From: Calditrichia bacterium
Lineage (GTDB): Bacteria > Calditrichota > Calditrichia > JAJRVZ01
Assembly (NCBI GenBank): GCA_963765585.1
Contig: CAVXXB010000006.1
Location: forward strand, 68,007-132,006
DNA: 64,000 bases
Direction of reading: 5' to 3'
Below the pieces are notes generated by a model. That model searched no databases, was not told the DNA's origin, and was given only the letters and a program-made list of their open reading frames with translations. Positions 42,739-53,299 of the stretch are shown piece after piece. The number at the start of each line of letters is the position of its first letter. The stretch's first letter is position 1. The position numbers and the translations under genes were made by a program.

Positions 42739-43192
42739 GCAGGCAAAAGGCAAAAGGAATAAAAGGTAAAAGAAAAAATATTTCATACAGTCATCCCGTC
42801 CCGGAACGAGATCCTATGGATAGGGATCATGTTCCGTTTGTCACACCGAGATCCACTGAGAATACACAGAGTTCCACAGAATATATTAATTGAATATGCA
42901 ATACAACCTTACCTTTGGGATTGATAGGTAAATACAAATTCTTATAGAATCAGAACTCAGGGACTTAGGGACTAAGGTGCTCAGGGACTTTTTTTTATTA
43001 CACAAAGAACCCGAAGAATCCACGAAGTTCACGAAGAATAAATATTGAATTTATTTTAATTTTATTAGTTTGGCATATTGATTTATGAGTTTAGATATTT
43101 TAAATTTAAGATTCTCTGACTGAGCAATCAGTCATTTTTAATATAAAGACGTTTCTGATTTTGGAATTTGGATTTTAGATTTTGGATTACAT

Positions 43193-43264
43193 TCCGGCGT
43201 AGTCAGCTGGTAGAGCGGGTGACTGTTAATCATTAGGTCGTAGGTTCGAGTCCTACCGCCGGAG
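43193..43264 (+). tRNA. tRNA-Asn (anticodon GTT)
   Basis: Acceptor stem TCCGGCG/CGCCGGA. Anticodon loop CTGTTAA. T-arm GTAGG-TTCGAGT-CCTAC. Discriminator G. CCA not encoded. Confidence 0.8.
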
Positions 43265-43346
43265 CCTGACCCCACACATTTTTGTGCTGGGGTTTTTTAT
43301 TTTTACGAAGCAAATTCTAAGCACTAATATCTAAATCTTAAACAAT
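43262..43346. repeat. 85-bp direct repeat, copy A. Starts at the last nucleotides of tRNA-Asn and covers its terminator plus ~45 bp downstream.
   Basis: Matches 52378..52462 with 5 mismatches. Confidence 0.85.
43270..43299 (+). terminator. Rho-independent terminator after tRNA-Asn
   Basis: CCCCACACATTTTTGTGCTGGGG followed by TTTTTT. Confidence 0.5.
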
Positions 43347-43504
43347 ACCCAAATTCAAATGCTTAAATATAAAAGTTTTGAACATTAAATTATTGGTGTT
43401 TTGAATTTGTTTAGGATTTAGGGCTTAGAAATTAGGATTTTATAGATTGTATCGAATTTTAAAAACTGGATAAAAAATGGCCCTGCATTGCAGAGCCTTT
43501 AACA

Positions 43505-43640
43505 TGCTGTTTTTATGTATCTTACTTCAGCAATATCATCTTCTTGACTTCCCTATACTCCCCCGCCACCAACTGGTAGTAGTAGATTCCACTCGCCAGA
43601 TTCTTTCCGTCAAATTTGCTGTAACATTTATGTAATGTTA
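43505..43640 (-). pseudogene. Orphan 3' tail (~45 codons) of a T9SS-CTD gene, with its terminator at 43474..43497 and no upstream body
   Basis: Minus-strand translation …KFDGKNLASGIYYYQLVAGEYREVKKMILLK*, followed by the GGCTCTGCAATGCAGGGCC hairpin plus a T-run. This matches the 3' ends of the genes at 53300 and 55118. Confidence 0.5.
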
Positions 43641-43673
43641 ATCGTAATTTAAGATACACATCATTTAAAAATA

Positions 43674-45701
43674 ATGTTCATGGGAGGAAACGTGTATCAA
43701 ATTCAAAGATTGGTTTCCATCTTTTTGCTAGTTGTAATTCCAATTTCCGGTCACACAACACATGGCAAAGATTCAGATAACGAAACTGTCAGATTAACCA
43801 CCCATAAATCACTCGAACGGGAAATGAAAAAGGGCGATACGCATAGCTACCGGATCAGTCTCGAACAGGGAAAATTCCTATATGTCAGGGTGGAACAGCG
43901 TGGAATTGATGTCATAATCCGCGTGTTAGATCCAGTTGGCAAAGTATTAGAAGAGATCGATAGTCCCACTGGTGATCAGGGGACCGAGACCGTTATGCTG
44001 GTTAGTAAAGCAAGTGGTGATTTTACACTGGAGATTGCTCCATTTGATCCACTTACAAAACCAGGTAAGTATAAACTGACAGTTGAAAGTGTCACAGATG
44101 CTGCAACTACTTCTGAGGGAAGAATCGACCAATTGTTTATACCCTGGTCGAATAAAAACACGCCAGGAGCTGCCCTCGCGGTTGTCAGAGATGGGAAAAT
44201 CATATTCAAGAAAGGATATGGTATGGCCAATCTTGAGTATGATATAAAGATCACTCCGCAAACGGTATTTCATATGGCATCGGTATCTAAACAATTTACC
44301 GCCTTCTCAATTGCCTATCTGGCCAGGCAAGGTAATGTATCATTGGAAGACGATATTCGTAAATATTTACCTGAGTTACCGGATTTTGACCAGCCAATAA
44401 CCATTAGGCATCTCATTCATCATACAAGTGGATTACGCGATCAATGGAGCTTGCTTATGATAGCTGGCTGGCGCTTGGATGATGTTATTACACGTGAGCA
44501 TATTCTCAAGATGGTCAGCCGGCAAAAGGAATTAAACTTCACACCAGGTGATCAGTACAATTATTGTAATACCGGTTATACATTATTGGCGGAAATAGTG
44601 GCACGGGTAAGTGATATGTCATTCTCCCAGTGGACCAAACAAAATATTTTTGATCCCTTAAATATGCACCATACACTTTTTTATGATGATCATGAAAAAA
44701 TTGTCAAGAACCGGGCCTATTCCTATTATCAGGACACAGATGAGAACTATAAAAAAAGTGTGCTGAGCTACGCCAATGTGGGGGCAACCAGTCTGTTTAC
44801 AACAGCCGAAGATCTTGCCAAATGGGCTATGAATTTCGATAATCCCGTCGTTGGCGATTTTGATTTAATCAAACAGATGGAACAAAAAGGTATCCTGAAT
44901 AATAATGATACAATCGATTATGCTTTTGGTCAGGGTGTCGGTCGTTACAAAGGGCTCAAATTTATTGATCACAGTGGTGGAGATGCCGGTTACCGTACTT
45001 ATCTGGGTCGTTTTCCCGACCAAAAATTTTCAGTAATGGTGATGAGCAATTTGGCATCTTTTAATCCCGGAAGTTTGGCCCTTAAAGTTGCTGATATTTA
45101 TCTTGAGGATTTATTGGTTGAAGAAGAAGTGGTTACGAATCAACCGGATTTTACCACCATTGAAATTGATCCGGAAGTGCTGGAAACCTATACGGGGCAA
45201 TTTGCAACTGATCCGGGAGAAGAATATCGTGTCCGCCGTAATGGGCGGCAATTGAATATATTGCCCCCTGGTTCTGGCTGGCAAAATATGTATCCCGTGA
45301 ATATGACAAAATTTCTGTTAATTAACGGTGAATCCAGCAATGATTTTGTATTTGACGAAAATAAAAACGTAATTCACATCCGCATAAGTCACGAGGGCAA
45401 TGAATTTATTGCAAAAAAAATGGAACCTTTCGTATTAACACAAGACAAAATGTCTGAATATTGCGGTAACTATTATAGTGAGGAGTTGTTAACCAGCTAT
45501 ACGATTGTTCACAAGGATTCTGTTTTAGTTATGCAACATCAACGCAATTCAGATTTTATATTGCGACAAGTGCGTTCTGATATCTTTTTCGGTGGTGATA
45601 ATGGTATTGAGTTTCACTTCGAACGCAATCCGGAAGGCCGAATCAGTGGATTTCGATTGGATACGGGCCGCGTAGAACGTTTACTGTTTATCCGGCAATA
45701 A
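43674..45701 (+). CDS. Beta-lactamase-fold serine hydrolase family protein with N- and C-terminal accessory domains
   Basis: 675 aa. Signal sequence. S-x-x-K active-site motif (MASVSKQFTA). The middle region is typical of class C / PBP-like hydrolases. Confidence 0.65.
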   Translation: MFMGGNVYQIQRLVSIFLLVVIPISGHTTHGKDSDNETVRLTTHKSLEREMKKGDTHSYRISLEQGKFLYVRVEQRGIDVIIRVLDPVGKVLEEIDSPTGDQGTETVMLVSKASGDFTLEIAPFDPLTKPGKYKLTVESVTDAATTSEGRIDQLFIPWSNKNTPGAALAVVRDGKIIFKKGYGMANLEYDIKITPQTVFHMASVSKQFTAFSIAYLARQGNVSLEDDIRKYLPELPDFDQPITIRHLIHHTSGLRDQWSLLMIAGWRLDDVITREHILKMVSRQKELNFTPGDQYNYCNTGYTLLAEIVARVSDMSFSQWTKQNIFDPLNMHHTLFYDDHEKIVKNRAYSYYQDTDENYKKSVLSYANVGATSLFTTAEDLAKWAMNFDNPVVGDFDLIKQMEQKGILNNNDTIDYAFGQGVGRYKGLKFIDHSGGDAGYRTYLGRFPDQKFSVMVMSNLASFNPGSLALKVADIYLEDLLVEEEVVTNQPDFTTIEIDPEVLETYTGQFATDPGEEYRVRRNGRQLNILPPGSGWQNMYPVNMTKFLLINGESSNDFVFDENKNVIHIRISHEGNEFIAKKMEPFVLTQDKMSEYCGNYYSEELLTSYTIVHKDSVLVMQHQRNSDFILRQVRSDIFFGGDNGIEFHFERNPEGRISGFRLDTGRVERLLFIRQ

Positions 45702-45842
45702 TCCGTAACACAAGTATATGAATCTCATAGCGAAGCGGGGAAGATCTTATTGTAGTGGAAAACAGTAGTTAGACGTAACTGGTAATTACCAATTACAAGT
45801 TACAAATCTGAACCTACCGCAAAAGTATCATCTTCTTCACTT

Positions 45843-47592
45843 CCCTGTAACGTTGTCCTGAGCCTGTCGAAGGATCACCCGCCACCAACTGGTAGTAGTA
45901 GATTCCACTTGCCAGATTTTTTCCATCAAATGTGATAGGTATGATTTCCTTGATTCAGTTTTTTGATACAAGAGTCGTCACTTCTTTTCCAAGAATGTTA
46001 TAGACTTTCAGTTCAACATATTCAGATTTGGGTAAAGTAAATTCGATTGTAGTTAATGGGTTGAAAGGGTTGGGAAAATTTTGATGTAGATAATTTTCTG
46101 CAGGCAAAATAATTTTATCATTTTTGTTTTTATCAATTGCAGTAACATAGTGATAAATACTATCCGGATTTCCGCCATATGCCCCCATGTCATTTCTCGC
46201 AGAATCCATTGCCGGCCATACTGCCATACCTCCTGATTCGATGTCATTGTATATGCTACTGTCATACCCGGCATCAATACATGGAGATTCAGCAGACAAA
46301 TAAAAGTTTTCTGAACCGGTGAATAAAGGATCTTCGAAGTAAAGATTGTCTACTGAATCATGGTATGAACTATAGGCAAAAAATGAAGTGAGTATCGGCA
46401 ATAAAATTGTTATACAACTCAATACCATTATACGCGGTCCTGGCGTTAAATAAGACTTCAAACCTGAAATCACATGAAGCTGGAATTGAAATTTTTCAAA
46501 GATATTATTTACAAAAAACGGAATCGATTGAAATATGATGAATATACCGAAACACCATTATTGTCAACAATGGTGTTATTGCATATAAAAGGCCTCGGAC
46601 TTATATCAGCATTCGGATATTTATGGCGAAATAAGTTCCATATTGAGATAGCCGAGCCATGTTTCGGTGAATTATTGTTATAAATCAGATTATTGTAAAT
46701 ACTTGGATTCGTATTGTAATCACGAACATTTGACTGTTGCCAATACGTAATGATAGATTCCAGCCCCAAAGGTGTTGAAACAATGTAGTTCATTATTTCG
46801 GAATGGTATTGCCACAGATAATAACTTCACCACTGAAAGGAAGATTTAAGTTGACAGGCTATTCCCCCACCCCAGGCTTTCCATGTTTTTGAAATGTATA
46901 CATGATTATTCTCAACAATATTATTCTTCACAATAATAACGACCACCTATCGCACTGTAATATTATAAATATCAATTCCACCTCCACCTAGTTTTCAGTA
47001 CCCTTATGATATTGTTTTATAATATAGTTTACGAATAATTACTTACCGATTTGCCCTGCCGGGATAGCCCAGGCACGAATACCGGCTCCTCGGTAGCATA
47101 AAGATCGGACTGAATTGTATTATCTCTTATAATATTATTTCGAATATTTGCACCGGAAGAATTAACAAAAATTCCTCCGCCCTGGCGCATCACTCCTGGT
47201 CCAAAGTCAGGATCAACATAAGTGCTTCTCGTGCCGGAACCTCCAGTAATAGTAAAGCCATATAGCACAGAAGTAGTATCTTCTCCATTATCATAAAGAA
47301 TACTACTGAACCACTATCGGGATGACTGGGTTGGCTGCCATCAATAATTGTCCGTGAAATATGACTGGTATCTTCATCAAGTCATAAAATGACTGGCGAC
47401 TATGATCGCTTTTCCCCGGAAATTAATATTTTCATAATATGTACCTTCCGCCACCAACACTGTATCTCCTTGATTGGCGATATCGATTGCTCCCTGAATA
47501 GATGAGGTATCAACCGGAACATTGATAGTGGACCCAGATGATTGACAGCATAAAAAGATTGAAACGACAATAAAGATGGTAAAAATTTTCAT
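45843..47592 (-). pseudogene. Degraded right-handed beta-helix (pectate-lyase-like) protein gene with T9SS CTD, broken into at least 4 ORF fragments by frameshifts and stops
   Basis: Signal peptide MKIFTIFIVVSIFLCC at 47592. Beta-helix repeats (NIIRDNTI…, IVENNHV…, NNTIVDNNG…). CTD FPNPFNPLTTIEFTLPKSEYVELKVYNILG… in ORF 45955..46473. The CTD tail …FDGKNLASGIYYYQLVAG continues out of frame to ~45843. Confidence 0.6.
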
Positions 47593-47738
47593 GGCACACC
47601 TCCAGAATATGTAATATGATTTCCGGGATTTGTACCATAAAGATATAGAACTGATAATCATGATGGTTAGCAAATATTCGTCAATATATGAAACAAATTA
47701 TGCAAATCGGTTAAAAAACGGTCGCTATTAAATAGATT

Positions 47739-50700
47739 TTACTTTTGTTGAAATGTCAGTTCCTGAGAAGGGGTAATTCCAAACTGCTTTTTATAACATT
47801 TTGCAAAATAACTGAGAGAGTTAAAACCAACTGCGTTGGCTACTTCTGATATATTGCCATATCCTGATAATAATAACTGCTTCACTCTTTTCATCCGCAT
47901 CGTACGAAGGAATTCCGAAGGTGTCAGGTCTACCAGGGCTCTGATTTTTCGGGTTAATGTGGCCAGACTCATATTCATTTGAGTGGCAATTTCATCTATC
48001 TTTAAATTTACATTTGAGGATTCAGTATTTACGGTCTTGGTTAATAGTGTAAAAAATACTTTATCTGCTGATGTAATGGCAATTTCATCCGGATCAATTT
48101 CAAATGAGCGTTTGAAATTTTCATAATTACGTTTTTTAGCGGCTAAAGTATTGTGAACTCGCAAGTGTAGTTCTTTTGCCTCAAAAGGCTTTATGATGTA
48201 GTCGTCTGCACCGGCATCCAATCCGATATATTTCTCTTCCTGAGTAGACTCTTGCTGTTAGTAAAATTACCGGAATATGCGAGATTTCTATTTCGCTTTT
48301 TACCAACCGGCATAATTCAAAACCATCCATTTCCGGCATCATCACATCGCTGATTATCAGATCAGGCGCATGTGACCGTGCTAATTTCAGACCTTCATTG
48401 CGATTAGCGGCCTGAAATAGGATATACTCTGATTGAAGAAGGCTTGTCAAATAATTCCGGACATCAGGATTGTCCTCAATTATTAATATCTGAGCATGAT
48501 GATTCCCGATCGGTTTTTCAATAGTGGTAGCATAGTCTGTAGGTGATTCCAAATATGCAGTTTCTGGATATATCTCAGTTTTCACCCTGTCTTCAGCTAG
48601 AATCTCATCATCGGAAAGGTGTTTCCGCCCTAGTGGCAGATAAATTGTAAAACAGGTCGATTGCCCCTCCTTGCTGGAGACAGATATCGAGCCGGAATGC
48701 AATTCAAGGTATTCTTTTACCAGCGCCAGCCCTATTCCGCTTCCTAATCCATGTGTACCATCAGATTCATTTACCTGATAAAAACGATCAAATACCTTTG
48801 TAAGACTGATCAGACGAAATCTCTGAACCCGAGTTTGAAATAGTGATTTGAATAAACTCAGCATCTCCGGCAGAGAGTGTATTACTACTATAATCGCTGC
48901 CATTTGTGCTTACTAATACCGAAATCTCACCATCTTCCGGAGTGAATTTAAAGGCGTTAGATAGCAGATTATTAATTATTTTTTCAAATTTTTCTGTGTC
49001 TAAGTAGATTTCCAATTCAATTAAATCCGTCTTAAATGTAAAATCTATATTTCGTTTTACTGCAAGGGATTCAAAGGATTGCACCAATCCACTGACCAGA
49101 GGAATAAGGTTTTGCCTGCAGGCTTTAAGTTTTACATGGCCTGATTCAAGTTTGGATAAGTCCAGTAACTGGTTTACTAAGTCAAGCAGACGCCGCGTGT
49201 TTTTCAATACAACCTTACAATGTTCTTTAAGATTGCCTTTAAGATCGCCATCAAGAAATTGTTTTATCGGACTCTCGATAAGAGTTAGTGGAGTGCGGAA
49301 TTCATGCGATATATTTGTAAAGAATTTTGACTTGGCCCGATCGACTTCTTTAAGTTTTTCAGTTTCCAGGTGTTCTATTTCACTCTTGTGTCGTGAACGA
49401 ATCCGGTTCAATTGAATGTACCAAAGAGCACCAACCAGTAGGATTCCCAATATAATATAAATAAAATAAGCGAGGTTGGTCTGCCACCATGGCGGTAAAA
49501 TAGTAATGTTTATACTTGCATCTTTATCATTCCAGATACCATCATTATTGGAGCCTCTGACTCTGAATACATAATCTCCAGGATCCAATTTGGTATATGT
49601 TGCCAATCGTCTGGCGGCATTCGTATATACCCAGTCACGATCCACACCTTCCATTTTATAGGAATATCGGTTTTTACCAGGGGCATTATAATCCAGGGCT
49701 GCAAATTTTATCGTAAAATTATCCTGATCGTACGCAAGAATTATATTATCTGATTCAGATAGAGATTTTTTTATTGGACTATCTTCACCAGGAATTTGTA
49801 CACGATTGAATAATTCTAAATCAGTAAAAACGAGATCGGGAACATTAGTATTTACTCTTATACTTTCAGGATGAAAAAAATTAAAACCATTATTACCACC
49901 AAAATACAGCCAACCTTTTTTGTCTTTCATCACCGATAGTAACCAGATTTCATTGCCCTGAAGTCCATCGTTTATATCATAGTTTCTAAATATCTCTGTT
50001 TTCTGATTAAAATGAGACAATCCGCCCATTGTACCTAACCATAATTGGTTAATATTATCCTCAACAATGGTACTGATAAAACTATTCGATAATCCATCCT
50101 TCTTGGTATAATAATCAAAAGTGTTATCATTTTCATTCATTCTATTGAGACCTGCTTCAAGTAGTTATCCAAAGTGTACCATTCTTGTCTCTATGAATAA
50201 AATATGAAGAATTGTTGCTCAAAGATTTGGGATGCAGGGGATTGTGTTTAAATGAGGTCATTTTATCTAAAGAAATATCAAACCGGCTCAATCCACCAGA
50301 TGTGGCAATCCAGATAATATTTTTATCTTTAGGATCGGGATAAAGATGCTGAATATAGTCATTACATAAAGAATAGGGATCGGACGGGATATTGAAGTAT
50401 CGAAAATATTTTTGAGTCTTATAATTATATTTGATTAAACCTTTGTCCGTACCAATCCATAATGTACCATTTTTTTCCCTTTCTACCTGACAGATAGACT
50501 GTATCCAAAAAGATGATTCGAATTCCTGACCTGGAACTTCCTGTAAATAGTGTATAAAATGGTCATTCAGCCGGTCATATCTTGCCAACCCATGGGCAGT
50601 ACCGAGCCAGATATTTCCATCATAATCTTCATATACGGCCTGAACTTTACCGCTTGGTGGGGTTGTGGGATCATTTGGGATATGCGGATAATGTTTGAAT

Positions 50701-52140
50701 GTCTTTTGATTGCGGATCATAACGGTCTACACCTTCTGTTTCCAGCCCAATCCAAACATATCCAAAGGAGTCTTCGCAAAACTGGAATACCGTTTTTTGG
50801 GCCAGACTATTGGGATCATCGGGATTATGATTATAGTAATAGAAGGGTTTTTGATTGAGCAAGAACTTGCTCAAGCCAGCACTTTCGCTGCCAACCCAAA
50901 AAATATCAGATTTACCATCGGTATAAATAGACCTTAATACATCGCTATTGATACTATGTGGATCATAGGAATTATTTTGATAACGGATAAATTTCTCAGT
51001 ATCTGGGTTAAATTTATTTAATCCCTTGCCGTGAGTGACTATCCAAAGATTTCCATCTGAATCCTCAGTGATATCAATTACCCAGTTTCCCGATATACTA
51101 TACTCATCTTGAGAATCATGAATATATCGTTTAAATGATATTTCGGGGAGTTTGCTTGTATTGTTTATATTTGTTAACTGTGATGCATCTATTTTATTTA
51201 ATCCGTTTTGCGTGCCGATCCACAAATGCCCTGCATTGTCCTGGTAAATCGCCCAAACAAAATTATTACTCAGGCTTCTATTATCGTTTTGGTCACTTCT
51301 GAAATGCATAAATCGTCGTGATTCCGGATCATAGAAATCGACACCACTTCCAAGTGTACCGATCCACAATTGCCCGTGATTGTCAAACTGTAGATTGTTG
51401 ACATAATCGCTTCCCAAACTATTGATATCATCCGGATCATTACGTATATGAGAAAATTTCTGCGTTTTTGGGTCAAAGCGGTTTATACCACCTGTGGTAC
51501 CCAGCCAGATATAGCCACTGTCATCTGTACAAATGGCATTGATATAGTCGTTGCTGATACTATTACTATTATCAGGATCATGGGTAAAATAAGTAAAGGT
51601 TTCCGCATTAATATCAAGACAGTTTAATCCTCCTCCATGAGTTGCTAGCCATAGATGTCTGCTCGTATCTGTGTTTACCTCAATCATTTTCCAAATGTAA
51701 TTACTATTGAGACTTTTAGGATCATAAGGATCAGGACGAAAAATTTTGAAATCCACGCCATCATAGCGGTTTAATCCACCACAGGTTCCGATCCATATAA
51801 AACCTTTGCTATCTTTCAAAAAACAATTAACTGTATTTTGGGATAATCCATCTGTTATGGAAATATTTTCAAATTTTAGAGGAATATCATTCGAAGAATT
51901 AACTGGACAAACAAGTAAAATGATAATAATTCCGACTTGAAATATTTTCATTATATTAAGATGTTTTAGATGAAAATGATTACTTCTAGGGAGTATTATA
52001 CAATAAAGATATAAATCAAAGATAACAAAAACAACGAAAAAGAGGATATAGTTAGTGTGGATCTGAATTATTAAAAAATTCCTGATAATTCCAAGGCTAT
52101 ATACATCGATGAGGATCAGTCTAAAAATTAAATTTAACAA
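47739..52140 (-). pseudogene. Bacteroides-type hybrid two-component sensor (HTCS) in 5 ORF pieces. Domain order: signal, Reg_prop beta-propeller repeats, Y_Y_Y, TM, HisKA, HATPase, REC, AraC HTH.
   Basis: Pieces: 50671..52140 and 50157..50720 (WIGTxxGLxxYD repeats); 48788..50140 (Y_Y_Y, TM, HisKA EKLKEVDRAKSKFFTNISHEFRTPL); 48181..48903 (HATPase GLGIGLALVKEYL, then REC DLIISDVMMPEMDGFE); 47739..48221 (AraC HTH). Adjacent pieces overlap or abut in shifted frames at ~50690, ~50145, ~48850 and ~48200. Confidence 0.7.
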
Positions 52141-52377
52141 AATTCACCCCAACTCCCGCATAACAATCGTAACCCAGGCGCGGGAGACGCCCAACTTTCT
52201 TGCTAATGCTGCTCTGCTTCCGATTTTCGGGTTGTTAACCATTTTTTGGTATTTTAAGGCAAGTTCATACCGGGAAATACGTTTCTTCAATTTTTTGGTG
52301 TTAATCTTTTGTTGGCGTTGGCCAAGTCGCAGTGGGAATTCTGTAGTAAAAAAGTTCGAGTTTAGGACGGATGAGGG

Positions 52378-52462
52378 GAGCCTGACCCCACACATTTTTG
52401 TGCTGTGGTTTTTTATTTCTACGAAGCAAATTTTGAGCACTAATATCTAAATCCTAAACAAT
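52378..52462. repeat. 85-bp direct repeat, copy B, matching the tRNA-Asn 3' end / terminator copy at 43262..43346
   Basis: GAGCCTGACCCCACACATTTTTGTGCTGtGGTTTTTTATTTcTACGAAGCAAATTtTgAGCACTAATATCTAAATCcTAAACAAT. Only ~6 nt of the tRNA itself are shared. Confidence 0.85.
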
Positions 52463-52519
52463 TCAGTTATGGGGAATTGTCCAATTGTATATCGACTATT
52501 TTTACGCTAATTTGGCTAA

Positions 52520-53086
52520 TTGAATAGCGTAATTTACGTTAATTGGGTTGACACGTTATTAAGATTACTTGCTTTTCAGATCGGATCTCAGGTTTCTTTA
52601 AATGAACTGGGTAATTCCCTAAACATGAGCAAGGATACGGTTGCTTCTTATATTGACTTATTGGAGAAGGCATTTGTCATATTCAGATTATCCGGTTTCA
52701 GCAGAAATTTACGCAAAGAAGTCGTTAAGATGGATAAAATATATTTTTATGATTTAGGTATACGCAACACCCTAATTGATAATTACAACAGTCTGGATTT
52801 CAGAGACGATCAGGGAAAATTGTGGGAAAACTTTATCATCAGCGAACGAAAAAAATACTTGTCCTATACCAGGAATTTTAAAAATTGTTATTTTTGGCGT
52901 ACCTATACCGGAGCTGAACTGGATTATGTTGAGGAAGGCTCAGGAAAATTAAACGGTTTTGAAATAAAATGGTCTGTTAAAAATAAAAAAGCACCCGCCT
53001 CCTGGTTAGAGACTTACAAAAATGCCACCTATGAAGAAATCAATAAAACTAACTTTATTGATTTTATTTCCAATTTAAAGAATTAA
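52520..53086 (+). pseudogene. C-terminal (DUF4143) portion of a COG1373-type AAA+ ATPase. The N-terminal ATPase domain is absent, so the gene is 5'-truncated.
   Basis: …FRLSGFSRNLRKEVVKMDKIYFYDLGIRNTL… is the conserved DUF4143 region. The ORF begins immediately right of direct-repeat copy B. Confidence 0.55.
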
Positions 53087-53254
53087 GCCGGCTGAAAAAT
53101 GTCTTTAAATCCTCAATTTTAAATTGAAATTTCATCATCGAGATATGAAATATCAATGATAATTCAAAGTAAAATTGTCATATCTGAGATCTAATCCTTT
53201 TTAGATTCATTACATTTTATACTGACAATAACTATTAGAAATTTGTTCAACCAA

Positions 53255-53280
53255 CAAAAAAGGCCCTGCATTGCAGAGCC
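53255..53280 (-). terminator. Rho-independent terminator (GGCTCTGCAATGCAGGGCC plus T-run on the minus strand) after the 53300 gene
   Basis: Perfect 8-bp stem, GC-rich, followed by TTTTTT on the minus strand. The same hairpin recurs at 43474 and 55034. Confidence 0.6.
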
Positions 53281-53299
53281 TCTATAAAAAGTTTTGACA

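Noticed and set aside
52335-52380. tRNA-like fragment before direct-repeat copy B (…AAGTTCGAGTTTAGGACGGATGAGGGGAGCC)
   Set aside because: It shares a T-loop-like GTTCGAGT and the last 6 nt with tRNA-Asn, but has no complementary acceptor or T stems. It is not a tRNA and is too short or weak to call an att core.
52144-52440. 98-aa ORF on the minus strand at 52144..52440
   Set aside because: Its N-terminal two-thirds overlaps direct-repeat copy B and the terminator hairpin. Only the last ~35 residues (…KLGVSRAWVTIVMRELG) look protein-like (HTH). I treated it at most as a remnant and mentioned it in the island finding.
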